This document shows, one piece after another, positions 61,601 to 64,000 of a DNA stretch of 64,000 nucleotides (position 1 is its first letter; every line of letters starts with the position of its first letter). The notes beneath the pieces are model-generated. The model was not told the origin of the DNA, ran no database searches, and worked only from the letters and a program-made list of their open reading frames with translations. The position numbers were made by a program, and so were the translations under genes. This stretch comes from Heterodontus francisci. Taxonomy: Eukaryota. Where the stretch lies: positions 120,079,593-120,143,592 of the forward strand of contig NC_090378.1 in assembly GCF_036365525.1 (NCBI RefSeq). Reading direction: 5' to 3'.

Positions 61601-64000
61601 GGTGGGACTGTGTGTCCATTATTATATATTATATATAAATGTGGGATGTGTCAGTGCAGGAGGTGGGACTGTGTGTCCATTATTATTATTATATATAACT
61701 GTGGGATGTGTCAGTACAGGAGGTGGTACTGTGTGTCGATTATAATATATTATATACAACTGTGGGATGTGTCAGTACAGGAGGTGGGACTGTGTGTCGA
61801 TTATAATACATTATGTACAACTGTGGGATGTGTCAGTGCAGGAGGTGGGACTGTGTGTCCAATATGATACATAATATATAACTGAGGGATGTGTCAGTAC
61901 AGGAGGTGGGACTGTGTGTCCATTATAATATATTATATATAACTGTGGGATGTGTCAGTGCGGGAGGTGGGACTGTGTGTCCAATATGATACATAATATA
62001 TAACTGAGGGATGTGTCAGTACAGGAGGTGGGACTGTGTGTCCATTATAATATATTATATATAACTGTGGGATGTGTCAGTGCGGGAGGTGGGACTGTGT
62101 GTCAAATATTATATATTATAAATAACTGTGGGATGTGTCAGTACAGGAGGTGGGACTGTGTGTCCATTATTATATATTATATATAACTGTGGGATGTGTC
62201 AGTGCGGGAGGTGGGACTGTGTGTCCAATATTACATATTATATATAACTGTGGGATGTGTCAGTGCGGGAGGTGGGACTTTGTGTCCATTATTATATATA
62301 ATATATAACTGTGGGTTGTGTCAGTACAGGAGGTGGGACTGTGTGTCCATTATTATATATTATATATAACTGTGGGATGTGTCAGTGCGGGAGGTGGGAC
62401 TGTTGTCCATTATTATATATTATATATAACTGTGGGATGTGTCAGTACAGGAGCTGGGACTGTTGTCCATTATTATATTTTATATATAAAGCTGTGGAAC
62501 GTGTCAGTGCAGGAGGTGGGACTGTGCGTCCATTATTATATTTTGTATATAACAGTGAGATGTGTCAGTGCAGGAGGTGGGACTGTGTGTCCATTATTAT
62601 ATAATATATATAACTGTCGGTTGTGTCAGTACAGGAGGTGGGAATGTGTGTTTATTATTACATATTATATATAACTGTGGGACGTGTCAGTGCAGGAGGT
62701 GGGACTGTGTATCCATTATAATATTATATATAACTGTGGGATGTGTCAGTACAGGAGGTGGGACTGTGTGTCCATTATTGTATATGATATATAACTGTGA
62801 GATGTGTCAGTACAGAAGGTGGGACTGTGTGTCCATTATTATATATTATATATAATTGTGGGATATGTCAGTACAGGAGGTGGGCCTGTGTGTCCATTAT
62901 TACATATTATATATAATTGTGGGATATGTCAGTACAGGAGGTGGGACTGTGTGTCCATTATTGTATATGATATATAACTGTGAGATGTGTCAGTACTGAA
63001 GGTGGGACTGTGTGTCCATTATTATATATTATATATAACTGTGGGATGTGTCAGTACAGGAGGTGGGACTGTGTGTCCATTATTATATATTATATATAAT
63101 TGTGGGATATGTCAGTACAGGAGGTGGGACTGTGTGTCCATTATTGTAGATTATATATAACTGTGAGATGTTTCAGTACAGGAGGTGGGACTCTGTGTCC
63201 ATTATTATATATTATATATAACTGTGGGATGTGTCAGTACAGGAGGTGGGACTGTGTGTCCATTATAAGATTATATATAACTGTGGGATGTGTCAGTACA
63301 GGAGGTGCGACTCTGTGTCCATTCTTATATATTATATATAACTGTGGGATTTTTCAGTATAGGAGGTGGGACTGTGTGTCCATTATTGTATATTATATAT
63401 AACTGTGGGATATGTCAGTGCAGGAGGTGGGACTGTGTGTCCATAATTATATATTATATATAACTGTGTGACGTGTCAGTACAGGAGGTGGGACTGTGTA
63501 TCCATTATTATATATTATATATAACTGTGGGATATGTCAGTGCAGGAGGTGGGACTGTGTGTCCATAATTATATATTATATATAACTGTGGGACGTGACA
63601 GTACAGGAGGTGGGACTGTGTATCCATTATTATATATTATATATAACTGTGGGATATGTCAGTATAGGAGGTGGGACTGTGTGTCCATTATTATATATAA
63701 CTGAGGGATGTTTCAGTACAGGAGGTGGGACTGTGTGTCCATTATTATATATTATATATAACTGTGGGATGTGTCAGTGCGGGAGGTGGGACTGTGTGTC
63801 CAATATGATATATTATATATAACAGTGGGATGTGTCAGTGCAGGAGGTGGGACTGTGTGTCCATTATTATATATTATATATAACTGTGGGATGTGTCAGT
63901 ACAGTAGGTGGGACTGTGAGTCAATTATTATATATCATATATAACTGTGGAATATGTCAGTTTGGGAGGTGGGACCTTGTGTCCATTATTGTATATGATA
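46700..64000. repeat. 61-bp satellite array, >17 kb, running off the window end (TATAACTGTGGGATGTGTCAGTACAGGAGGTGGGACTGTGTGTCCATTATTATATATTATA)
   Basis: Periodicity of 61 nt (a one-base shift per 60-nt line); about 280 units. Confidence 0.98.

Noticed and set aside
46700-64000. CRISPR-like regular repeats and short ORFs
   Set aside because: Head-to-tail satellite with no unique spacers and no cas genes, in a eukaryotic context.

Overview
Repeat-dense vertebrate genomic DNA, almost certainly from a cartilaginous fish (shark). The host gene content is part of an immunoglobulin kappa-type (shark type III/NS4-like) light-chain cluster on the minus strand. It has a 35-nt J segment (43836-43870, LTFGKGTKLRL) with a 23-bp-spacer RSS, a 7.7-kb J-C intron, an intact C exon (35779-36107) and poly(A) signals. 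The J-RSS heptamer has lost the invariant CAC (it reads CATACTG), and no V segment is visible in the 20 kb upstream, which holds a CT tract, a 159-N gap, TE relics and a >17-kb 61-bp satellite. The rest of the window is four tandem-repeat families (36, 34, 45 and 61 bp units; their long ORFs are artefacts) and many TEs: CR1 LINEs, a young 5'-truncated Tx1-clade LINE with an 11-bp TSD, decayed Tx1 copies, LTR pol relics, a solo LTR, hAT and Harbinger relics, and a Penelope fragment carrying a minimal hammerhead-ribozyme motif. Less certain observations: a partial paralog of the J-C intron at about 5.9-8.06 kb; scattered decayed exons (leader, ectodomain, Arg-containing TM) of a possible activating Ig-like receptor pseudogene whose last exon was hit by the Tx1 LINE; and a possible decayed C1-set exon near 9.5 kb. 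All family calls are from motif recognition by eye; no database search was run.
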